This document shows, piece by piece, positions 44,606-59,463 of a stretch of 64,000 nt of DNA. A program made the position numbers and the translations under genes. Source of the stretch: the human T2T-CHM13v2.0 reference genome, Homo sapiens; NCBI RefSeq assembly GCF_009914755.1, contig NC_060929.1, one strand, 5' to 3'. The notes beneath the pieces are model-generated. The model did no database searches. It had not been told where the DNA came from and worked only from the letters and a program-made list of their open reading frames with translations. Every line of letters begins with the position of its first letter. The stretch's first letter is position 1.

Positions 44606-46961
44606 CAGACATGATTCAGAGATATTGTGGGTTCAGTTCCAGACCACTGCAATAAAGCAAATACCTCATTGAAGCAATTTGTATGAATTTTTGGTTTCTC
44701 AGTGCATATACAAGTTATATTTACACTATACTGTAGTCTAGGTGTGCAGGAGCATTATGTTTAAAATCTTTACGTACCTTAATTTAAAAATGCTTGACTG
44801 AAAAAAAAATGCTAACCATCATCTGAACCTTCAGTGAGTCATCATCTTCTTGCTGGTGGAGGATCTCGTCTTGATGTTGACGGCCGCTGACTGATCAGGG
44901 TAGTAGTTGTTGAAGATTAGGGTGTCTGTGGTAATTTCTTAAAATAAGACAACAGTGAAGTTTGCACACGGATTGACTCTTCCTTTCACAAGAGATTTCT
45001 CTGTAGCATTTAATGTTGTTTGGTAGCATTTTACCCACATTAGAACTTCTTTCAAAATTGGAATAAATACTCTCAAACCCTGCTGCTGCTTTATCAACTA
45101 AGTTTATGGAATATGCTAAATCCTTTGTTGTCATTTCAACAATGTTCACAGCATCTTCACCACAAATAGACTCCATCTCAAGAAACCACTTTCTTTGCCC
45201 ACCCATGACAGGCAACTCCTCATCTGTTCAATTCTTGTGAGACTGCAACAATTCAGTCACATCTTCAGGCTCCACTTCTTACTCTAGTTCCCTTGCAGTT
45301 TCCACCTCACCTGCACTTCCTTCCTCCATGATGTCTTAAACCCCTCAAAGTCATCCATTTAGGCTGGAATCAACTTATTCCAAACTCCTGTTAATATTGA
45401 TACTTTGGCCTCCTCCCATGAAGCCCAAATGTTCCTAATAGCATCTAGAATGGTGAATCCTTTCCAGTAGGTTTTCAATTTGCTTTGCCCAGATATATCA
45501 GAGGAATAACTATCTATGGCAGCAATAGCCTTACAAAATATATTTCTTAAATAGTAGGACTTGGAAATCAATCCTTGATGCATGGGCTGCAGAATGGATA
45601 TTGTGTTAGCCGGCCTGAAAACACTAATTTCCTTGTACATCTCTATCAGAGCTCTTGGGTGAGCACTGTCCATGAACAGTAATATTTTGAAAGGAATCTC
45701 TTTTTCTGAGAAGTAGATCTCAATAGTGGGCTTAAAATAGTAAAATATGCTGTAAACAGATGGCTTTGTCATATTTCTAGAACAGAGAAGGAGCAGATTA
45801 AGCATAATTCTTAATGGAATTAGGATTTCTAGAATAGTAAATGAACATTAAAGTAAAGCCAATGCTTTAATTTAAAGTCACCACCCACATTATTCCTAAC
45901 AAAAGAGGCCAGCTGTTCTTTGAAGCTTTGGTACAAGGCATTGATTTCTCCTCTTTAGTTATGAAAGTCCTAGATGGCATCTCCTTCCAATAGAAGACTG
46001 TTTAATCTACATTGAAAATCTGTTTTGAATGTAGCTGCCTTTATCAATGATCTTGGCTAGATCTTCTGGATAACTTGCTGCAGCTTCTCCATCAGCACCT
46101 GCTGCTTCACCTTGCACTTTTATGTTATGGAGATGGCTTCTTTCCCTAAATCTGATGAACCAAACTCTGCTAATCTCAAACTTTTCTTCTGCAGCTTCCT
46201 CACCTCTCTCAACCTTCATAGAATTAAAGAGGTTAGGGCCTTGCTCTGGATTAAGCTTTGGCTTAAGGGCAGGTTATAGCTGATTTCATTTTCTATCCAG
46301 ACCATGAAAACTTTCCCCATACCAGCAATAAGGCTGTTTCACTTTCTTGTCATTTGCGTGTTGACTGGAGTAGCACTTTTTAATCTCCTTCAAGGACTTT
46401 TCCTTTGCATTCAAAACTTGGCTAATTGTTTAACACAAGAAGCCTAACTTTCAGCGTATGTCCGATTTTGACATGCCTTCATCACCAAGCTTAATCATTT
46501 TTAGATTTGAATTTAAAGTGAGAGACAAGGAACTTATCCTTTCACTTGAACACTTAGAGGCCATTCTAGGGTTATTAATTGGCTTAATTTCGATACTGTT
46601 GTGTCTCAGGGAATAGAGATGCCCAAGGAGGGGGAGAGAGATGAGGAAACAGCCAGTGATTGGAACTCAGAACACACACATTTATCAAGTTTGCCTTCTA
46701 ATATGGGTGCAGTTTGTGTCATCCCAAACCAATTACAATGGACACACCAAAGATCCCAAATCACAGATCACCATAACAGATATAATAATAATAAAGTTCA
46801 AAATATTGCAAGAATTACCAAAATGTGACACAGAAACACAAAGTGAGTACGTGCTGTTGGGAAAATGGTGCCGATAGACTTGCTTGATCCTGGGTTACCA
46901 TAAAACTTCAACTTGTAAAAAACACAACATCTGAGAAGTGCAATAAAGTGAAATATGCCTG
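44606..46961 (-). mobile_element. Tigger1 (TcMar-Tigger/pogo) DNA transposon, near full length, decayed transposase
   Basis: Ends ta|cagacatgattcagagatattgtgggttcagttccagaccactgcaataaag and caataaagtgaaatatgcctg|ta. Minus-strand ORF pieces 46007-46219 (CENP-B-type HTH region), 45359-45805 (DDE region, [16 protein letters not shown]) and 44895-45215. Confidence 0.93.
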
Positions 46962-47125
46962 TATAGCATTACTTTATCCCACCACAGTGCCAAAAATAAA
47001 GATTCTTTATTAAATAGAAAAATTATTGGTAGAGTTTACCTGTATTTTTCTTCACAATAAGATACATAAACAATTTCATTGCAGAGTTCTGAAATGATGT
47101 TGAGTCAAATACAATTTGATCCTAG

Positions 47126-47745
47126 TGTAGTAAAGAGTTAACCTTACCCAAACAAAGGTCTGACTTTTGCATTTAGCTCCTAGGAGGTGATCTCTTAGTC
47201 CTTGGAGTGTCTTACCTGATAGGAGTGTCTTTGTTTACCTGGGAACCTCGGGCCACATGGGACAGTCTAATAATGTAGTTTATGGTGGAGGTTTTGGGCT
47301 ACGTGATATCACCTTGACCTCAGGGGTGGGGAAGGCTGGAAACTAAAGAGCAACCACACACAGGCAGTCAACCATGTCTATGTGACCAAACTCCAACCAA
47401 AACATGAAAGAGCTTCCCTGATTGACAGTACTCTGTTGTGTATTGCTATACATTGTTGCCTGGAGAAATTTAGCACTGCTCATGATTTCACTGGAAGAGG
47501 ACACTTGGAAGCTCTACATATGGATTTTTTTTTTTTTGCATTCTTCTCCATGCCTCTCTTTCCTTTGATTATTTTAATCTGTATCCTTTCACTGTAATAA
47601 ACTACAACCATGAATATAACAGCTTTCCATGAGTTCTGTGAGTCCTTCTGACAAATTATCACATTTGAGGTTGATCTTGAGAATCCACAAGCTCTGAAGT
47701 TGGTGTCAGAAGTTAAAGCTGTCTTGAGGGTTTCCCAGAAATGTC
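47126..47745 (+). mobile_element. ERV LTR (MER21-like)
   Basis: TG start; cctgataggagtgtctttgtttacctgg; gagttctgtgagtccttct; ttggtgtcagaagt. Subfamily judged by eye. Confidence 0.65.
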
Positions 47746-47864
47746 CAACATGCACTCCCCCTCCACCCTCCCATCCCACCCCCCCCCACCAAAACAGAGA
47801 CATCTTTTTATGTGTGAAAATATTTTTGATGTGATTTTTGTTGCACAATTTTACTTGTAACAGT

Positions 47865-48232
47865 CAGTACAGATGTTCCCAAACATTCCAGGTTTCTTCT
47901 TCCAGGCATAAGGTAGGACTGCACTTCTTTACCTAACTTAAGTTAGGTGTTGCCATTTTAGCTAGCTTTGGCCAATGAAGTAAGAACAGAATTGACATAC
48001 AGTTAGAAGTTAAGGTGCAGTGTATGTACCTCAGTGTCTCTTTCCCATGGTCACAGACTATTTTCCAGACAGTGGCTGCTCTAACGTCCTTGGTCTCAGA
48101 ATGAACACAACAGGGATGACAGCTTCTAGCTGAAGTGTGATAGAAGTGTAGCATGACTGAGAAATAAACTTTTTTTTGCATTAAATCACAGGTGTTTGTT
48201 ATTTCAGCATAACCTAGCCTATTCTGACTTAA
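47865..48232 (+). mobile_element. MLT1-family LTR
   Basis: Ends gagaaataaactt...tttgttatttcagcataacctagcctattctgact. Confidence 0.6.
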
Positions 48233-48752
48233 ACAACCAAAATCTTTGTTTGCTCAAAGCTTAATAATAATATTTTCTTTGAAAGGACTATACAGAGATG
48301 TTCTTTTTTGTATCACAAATGGCATATTGTGTATTCCTGTATTGTAAAGTATATCATAATTATCTGACCGACATCATTTTAGATATGGCTCTTTCCATCA
48401 AAATCCAACATATTTATACTAATAATTGAAATTCTAGAAAAATTCTTCAGTAATATTCACAGAAATGCACCAAGATACAGGATTTTCACAGCCTACTTTA
48501 TAATAGTAAAAACTAAATGTTCAGCAATAGAAGAAGGTTAAAGAATTGCAATGTTTCCATATAAGGGGATTGCTCATTTGGCCATTACTAAGTGAGGAAG
48601 AGATTTCTCATTACAACCAAGATAGAGAAATAGGGAATAAATTCCCTCTCTGCATAAAAGAACAAAAAAACAAAACCGGGACAAAACAACCAAAGAACAA
48701 AATCAACAACAACAACAACAAAAACACACAAAGTATTTGAAACAATGACTTT

Positions 48753-49375
48753 TGTAGGAATAGAAAGGGAATGATTTTTTTCCTCCTCATCATTATATAG
48801 GTCACAGCCAACATCCCTATGACAACAGGTTAACAAGAGAAAAGCATAACAAAGTTATTTGATCATAGCTTTATGTGATATGGGAATCTTCAGAACGAAG
48901 ACCCAAAGATACAGGGGAGCTATCTGATTTTTGTTTAGGTTTGATGAAGCAGGGACAGTGTATAGAAATGTAATTAGATGAACAAAAGGCTATGAGCTAA
49001 TGGTAATAGGCTGATTGGGAAAAACCTAGCAAGGTCTGTCTGATTAGGTTCTTCCTGAGGAAGAAATATTGTAGCATTTCTTCCTCCTGGGTATAGGGTA
49101 GGACCCTTCTGGAATCTTAATTTCTTTATAGCCAGCTGTTACCCAAAAAGGCAGAGGAAGGTTAGAGCAACACTTTTAGGTTTTACGGCTGGCTTTGGGG
49201 GAAAAGGGTTCTGGTTTCTATGACCTACCTTGGGGAAGAGGAATTCTAGTTTCTATGGTTTGCCTCAGGGAAGAATGAGGGGTGAGAGACAGAAGGGCAA
49301 AAGATCAGAGAGAAACTTTGCTTTTGAGGCTGCTTCTAAGGTCTTCGCTTTGGAGTCATTTTCAGAGCCCCAACA
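48753..49375 (-). mobile_element. ERV1 (MER4-group-like) solo LTR
   Basis: TG...CA termini with a 4-bp TSD cttt (48749-48752 and 49376-49379). Confidence 0.7.
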
Positions 49376-49549
49376 CTTTTGAGAAACAAGATATCAGGCA
49401 ACAAAAGACAAAGATCTCCAAGAGATAAGAAATAAATGAGATAAGTCCTATGATTACCCTTATTTTATTGCCTTAAAAGAATGTCTAGTCTGCTACACAG
49501 AGAGGGGGAATCCAGACTAAGTTTAGTGGACACCCTGAGTTTAGGAGTT

Positions 49550-51875
49550 GACAATATGCTGCTAAAGCAGTACTTATGGGTATATTTATGGCACTGCAAG
49601 CCTATGTTAGAACAGAAGAAAGGTCTCAAATCAATGAACTCAGATTCTACCCTGAGAAACTAGAAAATAAATAGCAATTTAAATTCAAAAGAAAGGAAAT
49701 AAAGATGACAGCAGAAACCAATGCAATATAAAACAGGAAAAATAATAGAGAAAATTAATTAAACCAAAGGCTGGTTCTTGGAGAAGATCAATAAAATTGA
49801 TAATCCTTAAACCAGACTGATGAGATAAAAAATAGTGTAGATACAAATGACCAACATCAGGAATGAGAGAGTGACATCATTATAGATACTACAGACATTA
49901 GAAGAATAATAAGAGAATATTATAAACAATATTATGTCTATCAATTTAACAATCCAGATGAAATGGATAGATTTATTTAAAGATGTAAACTACCAAAGCT
50001 CCTTTAAGAAGAAATAGATAAACTAACCTAATAGAAGAAATAGCCCTAAATTTATTAAAGTAATTGAATTTCTGGTTAAAAGCCTTCCCACAAAATAAAC
50101 TCCAGACCCAGATGGCTTTATTGGTGAATTCAACCAAACATTTCAGAATAAATAATACCATTTCTATATAGACTCTTCCAGAATTGAATAGGAGGAAATA
50201 CTTCTCAGCTTGCTTTATGAGGCTTGTATTACTTGATATCAACATTTTACAAAGATATTACTAAAAAAGAAAAGTACAATCTAATATCCCCCATGAACCT
50301 AGATGCAGAAATTCTAAACAAAATTTTAGGAAATTGACTCAAACAATAGGTAAAAAGGATAATAAATTATGATAAAATAAGTCTTTTGCCAGAAATGCAA
50401 GGTTGGTTTAACTTTTGAAGATCAGTCAATGTAGTCCATCATTTTAATAAACTAAAAAGGAAAACAATAAGATTATTTCAATTGACACACACAAGTACTT
50501 CATAAAATCTAACATCCATTCTTCATCTAAAAATTCTCAGCAAAGGAGGAATAAAACGGAAGTTCCTCAATCTGATGAAGAGCATCTATGCAATATGCAC
50601 ATCCATGCAATATGTCAATGATTAAAGATGAAGCACTTTCCCTCTTAGATGAGGAACAAGACAAAAGTGTCTGTTCTCACCTTGATGTAGAAATCAGTTT
50701 GGGGAGAATTCACATCTTAAAAATACGGAGTCTTCAAACCAATGAATGTCATTGATATATCTCTTTATTAATGTTAATTATTTAACACTGTACCGGCAAT
50801 ATAGTGCAATGGGGAAAGAAAAAAATAAAAATGCATTTTATATTGAAAGAAAAACTGTCTTTGTTCGCACACAACATGACTGTCTATGTAGAAAATCCAA
50901 TGGAATATACTAAATTCTAATAAAAATTTCTATTAATAAAACTGACAAGTGATTTTAGCAAGGTTGTAGGATACAAGACCAATATAAAAAATCAATTGCA
51001 TGTCTTCATACTGGCAACAAACAAATAGAAATTAAAATTTAAAAAACAATACTATTTACCATAACATTTAAAAACTATGAAATATCTAAGAATAGTCCTG
51101 ACAAAATGTGTGTAAGACTTATACCCTGAAAACTGCAAATGTTGTTGAGAGAAATTAAAGAAGACCTAAGTAAATAGAGCGCTATATCAATCATGTTTAT
51201 CGAAGACACAACATTGTAAAGATGCCAATACTCCCTAAGTTGATTTCTAGATTCAAGGCAATCTTCAGTAAAATCCCAGCAATATTTTTGTAGATATTGA
51301 CAAGCTTGTTCTAAAAAAATCATACAGGAATGTAAAGAATCTAGAATAGACAAAATAGACAAAACAATTTTGAAGAACAAGTTAGAGGGCTAAAACTATG
51401 TGATTTCAATACAAGTACTTGTTATAAAGCTACAGAAATCAAGACGGTGCGATATTGGTGTAAAGATGGGAAAATATATTAACGAAATAGAACAGAGGGT
51501 CTGAAAATATACCTACACATACATGGACAACTGATTTCCCACATAAGTGCAAAGGCAATTTAATGGAGAAAAAGAGTAGCCTTTTCAACAACTGGTGCTA
51601 GGTAAATTGGATACAACTTGCACATGAAAAAAATAAACCTTGACTTCTATCTTGCAGCATACACAAACATTAACTCAAATAGAACATAGACCTAAATGTA
51701 AAATCTAAATCTATAAACCATGTAGAAGAAAATATAAAAGAAACTGTGACCTTGACTTAGACAAACATTTCTTAAGTTTAACATCAAACAAATGATCCAT
51801 AAAAAAACAAATTGATAAACTGGATTTCATCAAAATCAAAACTTCTGCTTTTCAAAAGACACCATTAAGAAAATG
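49550..51875 (+). mobile_element. L1M ORF2 remnant (~2.3 kb)
   Basis: A-rich L1 ORF2 motifs (gaagatcaataaaattgataa, ccagacccagatggctttattggtgaattc, gaaatgcaaggttggtttaac, ttcatcaaaatcaaaacttctgct) with many stops. Confidence 0.88.
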
Positions 51876-51882
51876 AGGCTGG

Positions 51883-52589
<707 letters not shown>

Positions 52590-52659
52590 TCACAGGCAGG
52601 TGGCCACGGGGAATTAGCTGAAGACCAGCAGGCAGGAAGCCTCCCACATGCCACCTAAG

Positions 52660-53340
52660 GGGCGCTCCCGGAACCGCCGCCCCTGCGGGAGGAGCGGCTG
52701 GGGTCTCAGATCGCCGTGCGTGACTTGGTGCTGCGCCAGGTGGGCGCCATCGCCGCGGCCTGCTGGGGGAGGCGGCCTTTGAGGAGCGGGCGCGAGGCGG
52801 GGCCAGGCGGGGCGGGGCCTTGGGCGGCTGCGGTCTGCGCGGACCCCCGTGCCTAGGCGCTCCTGTGCCTCCAGTGCGCGGAGCCGGCCTCGCTCGGGCG
52901 TGTTCCTGCGCCGACCGGACGGCCGGACTCCAGCACCTTGGCCCGGCCCGCGAACGCTGAGCACGCGCGGAAACCCTTTAAAGGTAGCACATTTTTCGGG
53001 TGTCGCGGGGGCACCGCCGGCGGTGGCGACGTGGGGCGGAATGGGCCCGCTCTTTGGGCCCGGGAGGCGTGCGCTCGCGCCCTGGGCCACGTCGGGGCGG
53101 TCTCGGGCGGCTGAGCGCCCCCTGGAGCGACCCCTCCCGCGGCCCGGGCCCGGCCGCCCCCGAAGCCGGGGTGAGCGGGGCCTGGCTCGGGCCGCCAGTG
53201 AGGACTCGCAGCCCCCGGGCGTCCGCTTTCTCGCTGGGCTGGGTTTCTGCAGTGCCGGGCGCCCACCCGGCCACCCCATGAGCCGCGCGTCTGGCTCTTC
53301 GGTGGAGTGAGCCTAGAAAGGGCGGCGTTCGTCCAGTGAT
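52660..53340. promoter_or_regulatory. FBXL21P: CpG island, probable FBXL21P promoter and first exon
   Basis: Very GC- and CpG-dense segment with tandem GC boxes GGCGGGGCGGGG at 52806-52817 and a candidate donor GG|GTGAGC at 53170/53171. It lies about 6 kb upstream of the FBXL21 ATG exon. Confidence 0.85.
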
Positions 53341-56133
53341 CAGTGCTACCCGAGGTTGCTTTTTGCATGACTGCTTGCAGTTAAGTTCACCGGAGTTTAT
53401 AGTTGCCACAAATGTCAAAAAGTAGCCTTCTGGCGAGCTGAAAGCGCTCACCTGTGCGCTTTAAGGTGTACCGTCTTTGTCTTTGGCGAGTGTGCCTTTT
53501 AAGACGCTTCCAAGATAAATTGAATAAGAAATGATGATTGTTTTCTCCCAGAAAAATCTTGCAGAAATGATTTCTGGAAACACCTGTGTTCGTTGTTAGC
53601 CCCCTTAGAATGCCCATCCGGAGGCGGGCTCTCCCTGGCTCGGAAGGCCTCCCCGCGGAGGGCCTGGCTTGCCGTCCGCTCGCTTTTCGCTTCCAGAGTC
53701 GGAGAGAGGCGACTTTGGGGTCGATGTGGAGAGAGAAACAGATGCCCTAGGCGCCCCCCATTCAGGGATTTTCACAAACTGCCCAGTTCAGCTTTGTCCC
53801 TTGCGTCTCCAAAGGTGTTTTCAATCTACATATATTTGGAAAACTTCAGTTTTCATATGATTTATTTAAAAATAAGCATACATATTATGTTTATTAGGAA
53901 GTAAAAATTTTCTTTTTAAGTAGATATGTCCTAGTACCACAGAGAGACTTGAGTGTAGAAAATTGCTAAACCAGTGACAAAATGCCAGAACACTGCAAAG
54001 ATGGCAACCACTGCTTTAGGAAATATTTGACATAAATATTTTTCATGTTTTGTCTCCTTAATATCTCGGTGATATTTTTATTTGATTTGATATTTTAAAA
54101 AGAATTGTAACTTTTAGACTTAGAAGGGAACTTAGAGTCTTATGGGCTGCAAAGTACATAAATCTGTTTGACAACGTCTCCAACAAATTATGTTTTGTCC
54201 TTTGCTTGGATTATATTTAGTAGAAAGAGGTGTTGCTCCATTCTTTTGTTGGAAAACTGTGTGTTTTTACGTGTTTTGGAGCGCGAGGCTTCAGCCCTCC
54301 TGTCCAGGCCATGCTTCCCCTGCCCTTGCACTGGTGAGTAGGATTCCAGGCTCCTTAACACGGACCGTCTGCCTGGGGCAACAATCTGATTGCTTATCAT
54401 GAAACTTTAGGAAGGAGATTAAATAAAGGACATTTAATAATTATTTCCCTTTACTTTTGCTGCTCCCAACAAATTTGTCCACCCTTTTCAGATAATTTTG
54501 CATCTATGTTCTGTTATCTGTGGTATTCACCTATTATTTCTATTGTTGTGATCACTGAAAACTTGAAACTGTTGAAAGTCACTTCTGGGTATTCATTTCA
54601 CCAATCTGGAAGAACCTAGTGATGGTGCAGAAGAGAGCTGCTTCCATGGCCTTTAGTGAGTTGGCTGTGGATGTTCAGACAGTCTTCATCTCATCTTCTT
54701 TGATAATCTTGCCCTCAAGAATACTGTGGCAATCTCTTAGATACTTCTAGAGGATCCCATTCACGTAGTCACCTGATCTACCAAATTAGAAAACACATCA
54801 AAAAAGGCATTTGAGTTAAGGTGGTTAGTGGAGCTCCTCAATGCTAATAAACTTGTTTCATACTCTGGAATTGTGCTGAAGATCCGTGTCCAGCTTGCTC
54901 TTTTCTCCCTTTTTGGAAGAATGGCTTATCACTTGATGGAGTCCTGTATTCTGGTTTTGTTCCCTACCTGTCCTCAAAATTCTCGTGACTATGAGAGCCA
55001 TCATGTTCCTTCAGCAACCAGGGAAGTAATTCATCTGATTCGGAAGACTTCAGTGAACTGATCTGAGATAGGTAGTGGTGCACCATCTTCTTACTGGTCT
55101 TGGGTAGCAACTCCCTATTGATATGTCAGTATTATGTCAGTATTCTCACATGAAGAATGGCCTATTGGCACAGAAATTAGCCATAAGTGTAACTCAGGAG
55201 AAAAGTTTCTGCAGTAAATAAAATTGTGTGTCATCTGATTTGAGTTAACTAGTAACTCGACTTGTCTTTTATTTTTGGTGTTTCACTGAAAGTGTGCCCT
55301 GGAGTTCCTTTCCCTCTACATCTGGAATAAAGGAAGGACAGCCAACTGTGACATTATCTGGAAAACAGTGTAACAGCTGGTGGCAGTGAGGAAATCAAAT
55401 GGTAGATCGTGAGCTCAAATACATTCCCCTAGCCTGTCCTCCCCAGTTCTGCTTTAGGAGTTGGATTCAGAGAGAAATGGAAAATTAACGGGGTAGACAG
55501 TAGAGGTTTAAGGGAACTGTTTAGTAAATTAATAGGTTGCCGTGTTTAACTCCTCTGTGTAGTTGAGTTTGGTTTACAAAAGTAGTAGAATGTATTTATT
55601 TATGTTTACCTTACGACATTTATTCATGATGCCAAGGGTGTGAGTTTTATCCTGCTGTAGACCTATATTACTATTTTCTTCAGTTTCCATAGACTTTCCT
55701 GCTAGCTCTGACAAGTCATTTTCCTGAAATTTGGCAAACCTCAAAGAGTATGACTGAATCAATGCCATCTCTATCAATATATATGAAATGATTTTTAAAT
55801 ATGAAGCATATATTCTATTAACAGCAGACTAGTCCAACTATATTCATATGGGAATGATAAAATAATAAAAATCACTCATGTCTGCCTCTTTACTATAACT
55901 GTGGTGGTATTATGTGCTACTAAAATCTGGAACTGGAAGATTTACACAGCCTGTAAACAGATAATTGTAGTCATGAATTCCCTCACATTTTTTGTAGTAT
56001 CTCTCTATAGACATTAATTAAAATACAGATTCTCAGAGTCCATTCACTCTTTGATCCATAGCCTTGGTAAAGCCTCAAGAATAATTCCTGGGAATCATAA
56101 CAAGATTTCCACTAACCATGCTAATTTTTTGGA

Positions 56134-56721
<588 letters not shown>

Positions 56722-57822
56722 TAGTTTCAGAATCAATAATTTCTAACAAAATCCTTCAATATATAGAGTGATATATAAAGAGCCTAAGCATAGAAATTAT
56801 TGAATGTTTATTTATGTATTCTGATGAATGTGTTTTTGTGGTATTTCACCAAGATAGGAAGTGAAATCAAATGGAGGTTGGTGAGTACCCCACGGCAACC
56901 ATTGCTTCGTTTCATGGTTCAGAGTGAACTCTAATCTGGAAGCCTTCCTTAGGTAAGAAAAGCTTGAAAAAGAAATGATCGACTTTTTAAATGGTCACAT
57001 ATCTTTAAGCTAGAATGTTTAGATTAACGTTTTCAAGCTAATAAAGATCAATTTGTCTAAAATATATTTTACAATGTACATAGCTATAAAATCATATGAA
57101 GTGTTTGATTTGTGGATGAGCATAATCTTTATGCTCGGAAGATTACACAACTTAAAAAAAATTAAAATATTATTTTTAACAAGTTACTGGTATTAATATA
57201 ATACCTTAAATTACTTATTGCAATTCTACTATCAGTGAATTGGCAATTTAATGATATCATTAAATAATTTTAACAATCCATGCCACATACAATGAGATTT
57301 AATATATAGCACAGTCCCTCTGTTAAGGACTGCAAGGTAGTTTTCTAACCTGGCATTTGAGTGATGTCTTTGTTTTATGTTAGCATCACTGGTTTTCAAG
57401 TAAAGGATTCTATTAAGGGTAACTTCTTTATAAAAACTTAGTGAAAATTTATCCATTTTGTTGATTTCCAAATGAAACGGTTGCAAGCAAAATGTCAATG
57501 ACTGTGCTCCACATCAGAGTTTAGAATCCAGCATCTGTTCTTGTACCTTACAGCATTAAGGAGTTAGCATTGAAGAGTAGTAGATCGGGCCTTTTAAAAT
57601 AGCACATGCTTTGAATTCTTGGTAGTCAGCAGTTTCACATAGTCTACGTAGTACTGCTGGACAGGGCCTAAGTCATGCATGTAACTGGTTTAGTCAGACT
57701 GAAATGTGTGTAGTAGCTCTTTTGCCTGATGCTTGAGATGCAGCTTTGTAACTATTTTTGCTTTTCATTTCAATTTTCCAAACCCTAAAGATGATTTTTC
57801 ATTTTGTTCAATGACTTTATAG

Positions 57823-57942
57823 GTCATTCCTGCTTCTGGGATCCAACTCTATGTTGTGCTTAAGAAATGTGTCACATCAGACAGAGTGAATCACAAGACA
57901 GAGATATTTACCTATCACATAAATATTTTATTAGATTTCAAG
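57823..57942 (+). other. Candidate 5'-UTR exon of FBXL21P
   Basis: Pyrimidine-rich acceptor ...actttatag| and strong donor AAG|GTATGT, 120 nt apart, between the CpG island and the ATG exon. Supported by splice signals only. Confidence 0.35.
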
Positions 57943-58469
57943 GTATGTTTCAATTATGACACTGAATCTTTCATGTGTACATTCCTAACATTGCAGGGGT
58001 TAAAGGAGGGTTATATAGTTAACCAAAGTTCAATAAAGTTCAGAACCACTCTTACCATTATTTTGCCTTTCAAATAATTGTATACTTAAAATACTTTGTA
58101 TTCTTACATAAAATATACGTACAAGATGACCATATATACTTGGACGTATCTGGACTTCAAATTTGCTGGAACTTAGTTGCGTCCCAAGCTGGCTAATACC
58201 TAGAGATTCATCATTTCTGTTTGGAGGGTAAGAATGCTCATTCCCTGTCTGCTTTACTGGAGAGGATCAGGTGTGTTGCTTGAACTAAGACTTTGTCCCT
58301 GCCATATCTAACTTCTCTGAGCTCCTGTGTCCTGGCTGTCGTCTGAAAATTGTTGCAGATCATTTGAGTTTTTGTTAGAATTGTGCTTTGACTTAAGTAA
58401 TGAAAACAGTTCAGAAAACTGCACTGGACAATTTCATATAGCAACACAGACTGCAACTAAACTATCTGC

Positions 58470-58600
58470 TGGCACTTTAATACTCACAATGATCATATAG
58501 GTACTTTTCTTGTTGGAGATGAGGAAACTGAGGCTTAGAGTAATTTGTTCTGACAAGATCATATGGTTAGTAAGTAGCAGAGTAGGGACTTATCTAGACC
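58470..58600 (-). mobile_element. MIR
   Basis: gatgaggaaactgaggcttagag...caagatcatatggttagtaagtagcagagtagggactt. Confidence 0.7.
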
Positions 58601-59096
58601 TATGCTTTTAATTGTGTTTTACTATCTCCCAGACCTCCCATGTTTTTTTTTTTTTTTAAGGACAATCGCAATGTGATACTTCCTTCTTTGAAAGAGATAA
58701 AATACAATAATTGACTAGGAAAAAAAAAACTTGGGACATACACTGCTTCCTTGGACATTTCCTCCTGGAAGCCTCCCAAGCCACCTCTTCCACACACAAA
58801 CTCAATCACATGCATCCTCTTTTCCTTCTGTTGAAACTTGTCCCAACTTTGGTCATAGCATTTATCACTGTATTTCACCATTTTACCATAGCTCTTTGAG
58901 AACAGGTTTGTACTTATTTATCTCTGTATCCCCAGCATGAGGTAGCACCTATCCATGCATGAAAGTGGAAGATACCTACTAAAATTGTATTAAACAATTT
59001 TTCATTTTCTAATGTTATTCTGTACAGTTAGAGTGCCAATATTTGGTGGAAATGTGAAAAAACTATCAGAAACTGAACATTTTCTAATGTTTACAG

Positions 59097-59463
59097 AATG
59101 AAGAGGAACAGTTTATCTGTTGAGAATAAAATTGTCCAGTTGTCAGGAGCAGCGAAACAGCCAAAAGTTGGGTTCTACTCTTCTCTCAACCAGACTCATA
59201 CACACACGGTTCTTCTAGACTGGGGGAGTTTGCCTCACCATGTAGTATTACAAATTTTTCAGTAACTTCCTTTACTAGATCGGGCCTGTGCATCTTCTGT
59301 ATGTAGGAGGTGGAATGAAGTTTTTCATATTTCTGACCTTTGGAGAAAGTTTGAATTTGAACTGAACCAGTCAGCTACTTCATCTTTTAAGTCCACTCAT
59401 CCTGATCTCATTCAGCAGATCATTAAAAAGCATTTTGCTCATCTTCAGTATGTCAGCTTTAAG
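59097..59463 (+). pseudogene. FBXL21P: FBXL21P first coding exon (F-box) with premature TAA
   Basis: tttacag|A ATG at 59098; TAA at 59263-59265 in frame; donor AAG|GTAAGA. Confidence 0.93.

Noticed and set aside
50685-50750. Antisense L1-like piece resembling the reverse complement of ~51212-51253
   Set aside because: Too diverged to be a local inversion; most likely an independent old L1 fragment.
52600-53400. Canonical clock E-box in the FBXL21P promoter
   Set aside because: No CACGTG found by eye; only non-canonical CACGCG (52962) and CACATG, too weak to call.
52614-53451. Several overlapping long ORFs (up to 221 aa) on both strands
   Set aside because: Pro/Arg/Gly/Ala-rich with no recognisable domain; expected from stop-codon scarcity in a CpG island.
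55122-55143. 11-bp tandem duplication (tatgtcagtat x2), and a similar one near 50583-50613
   Set aside because: Ordinary slippage events with no functional indication.
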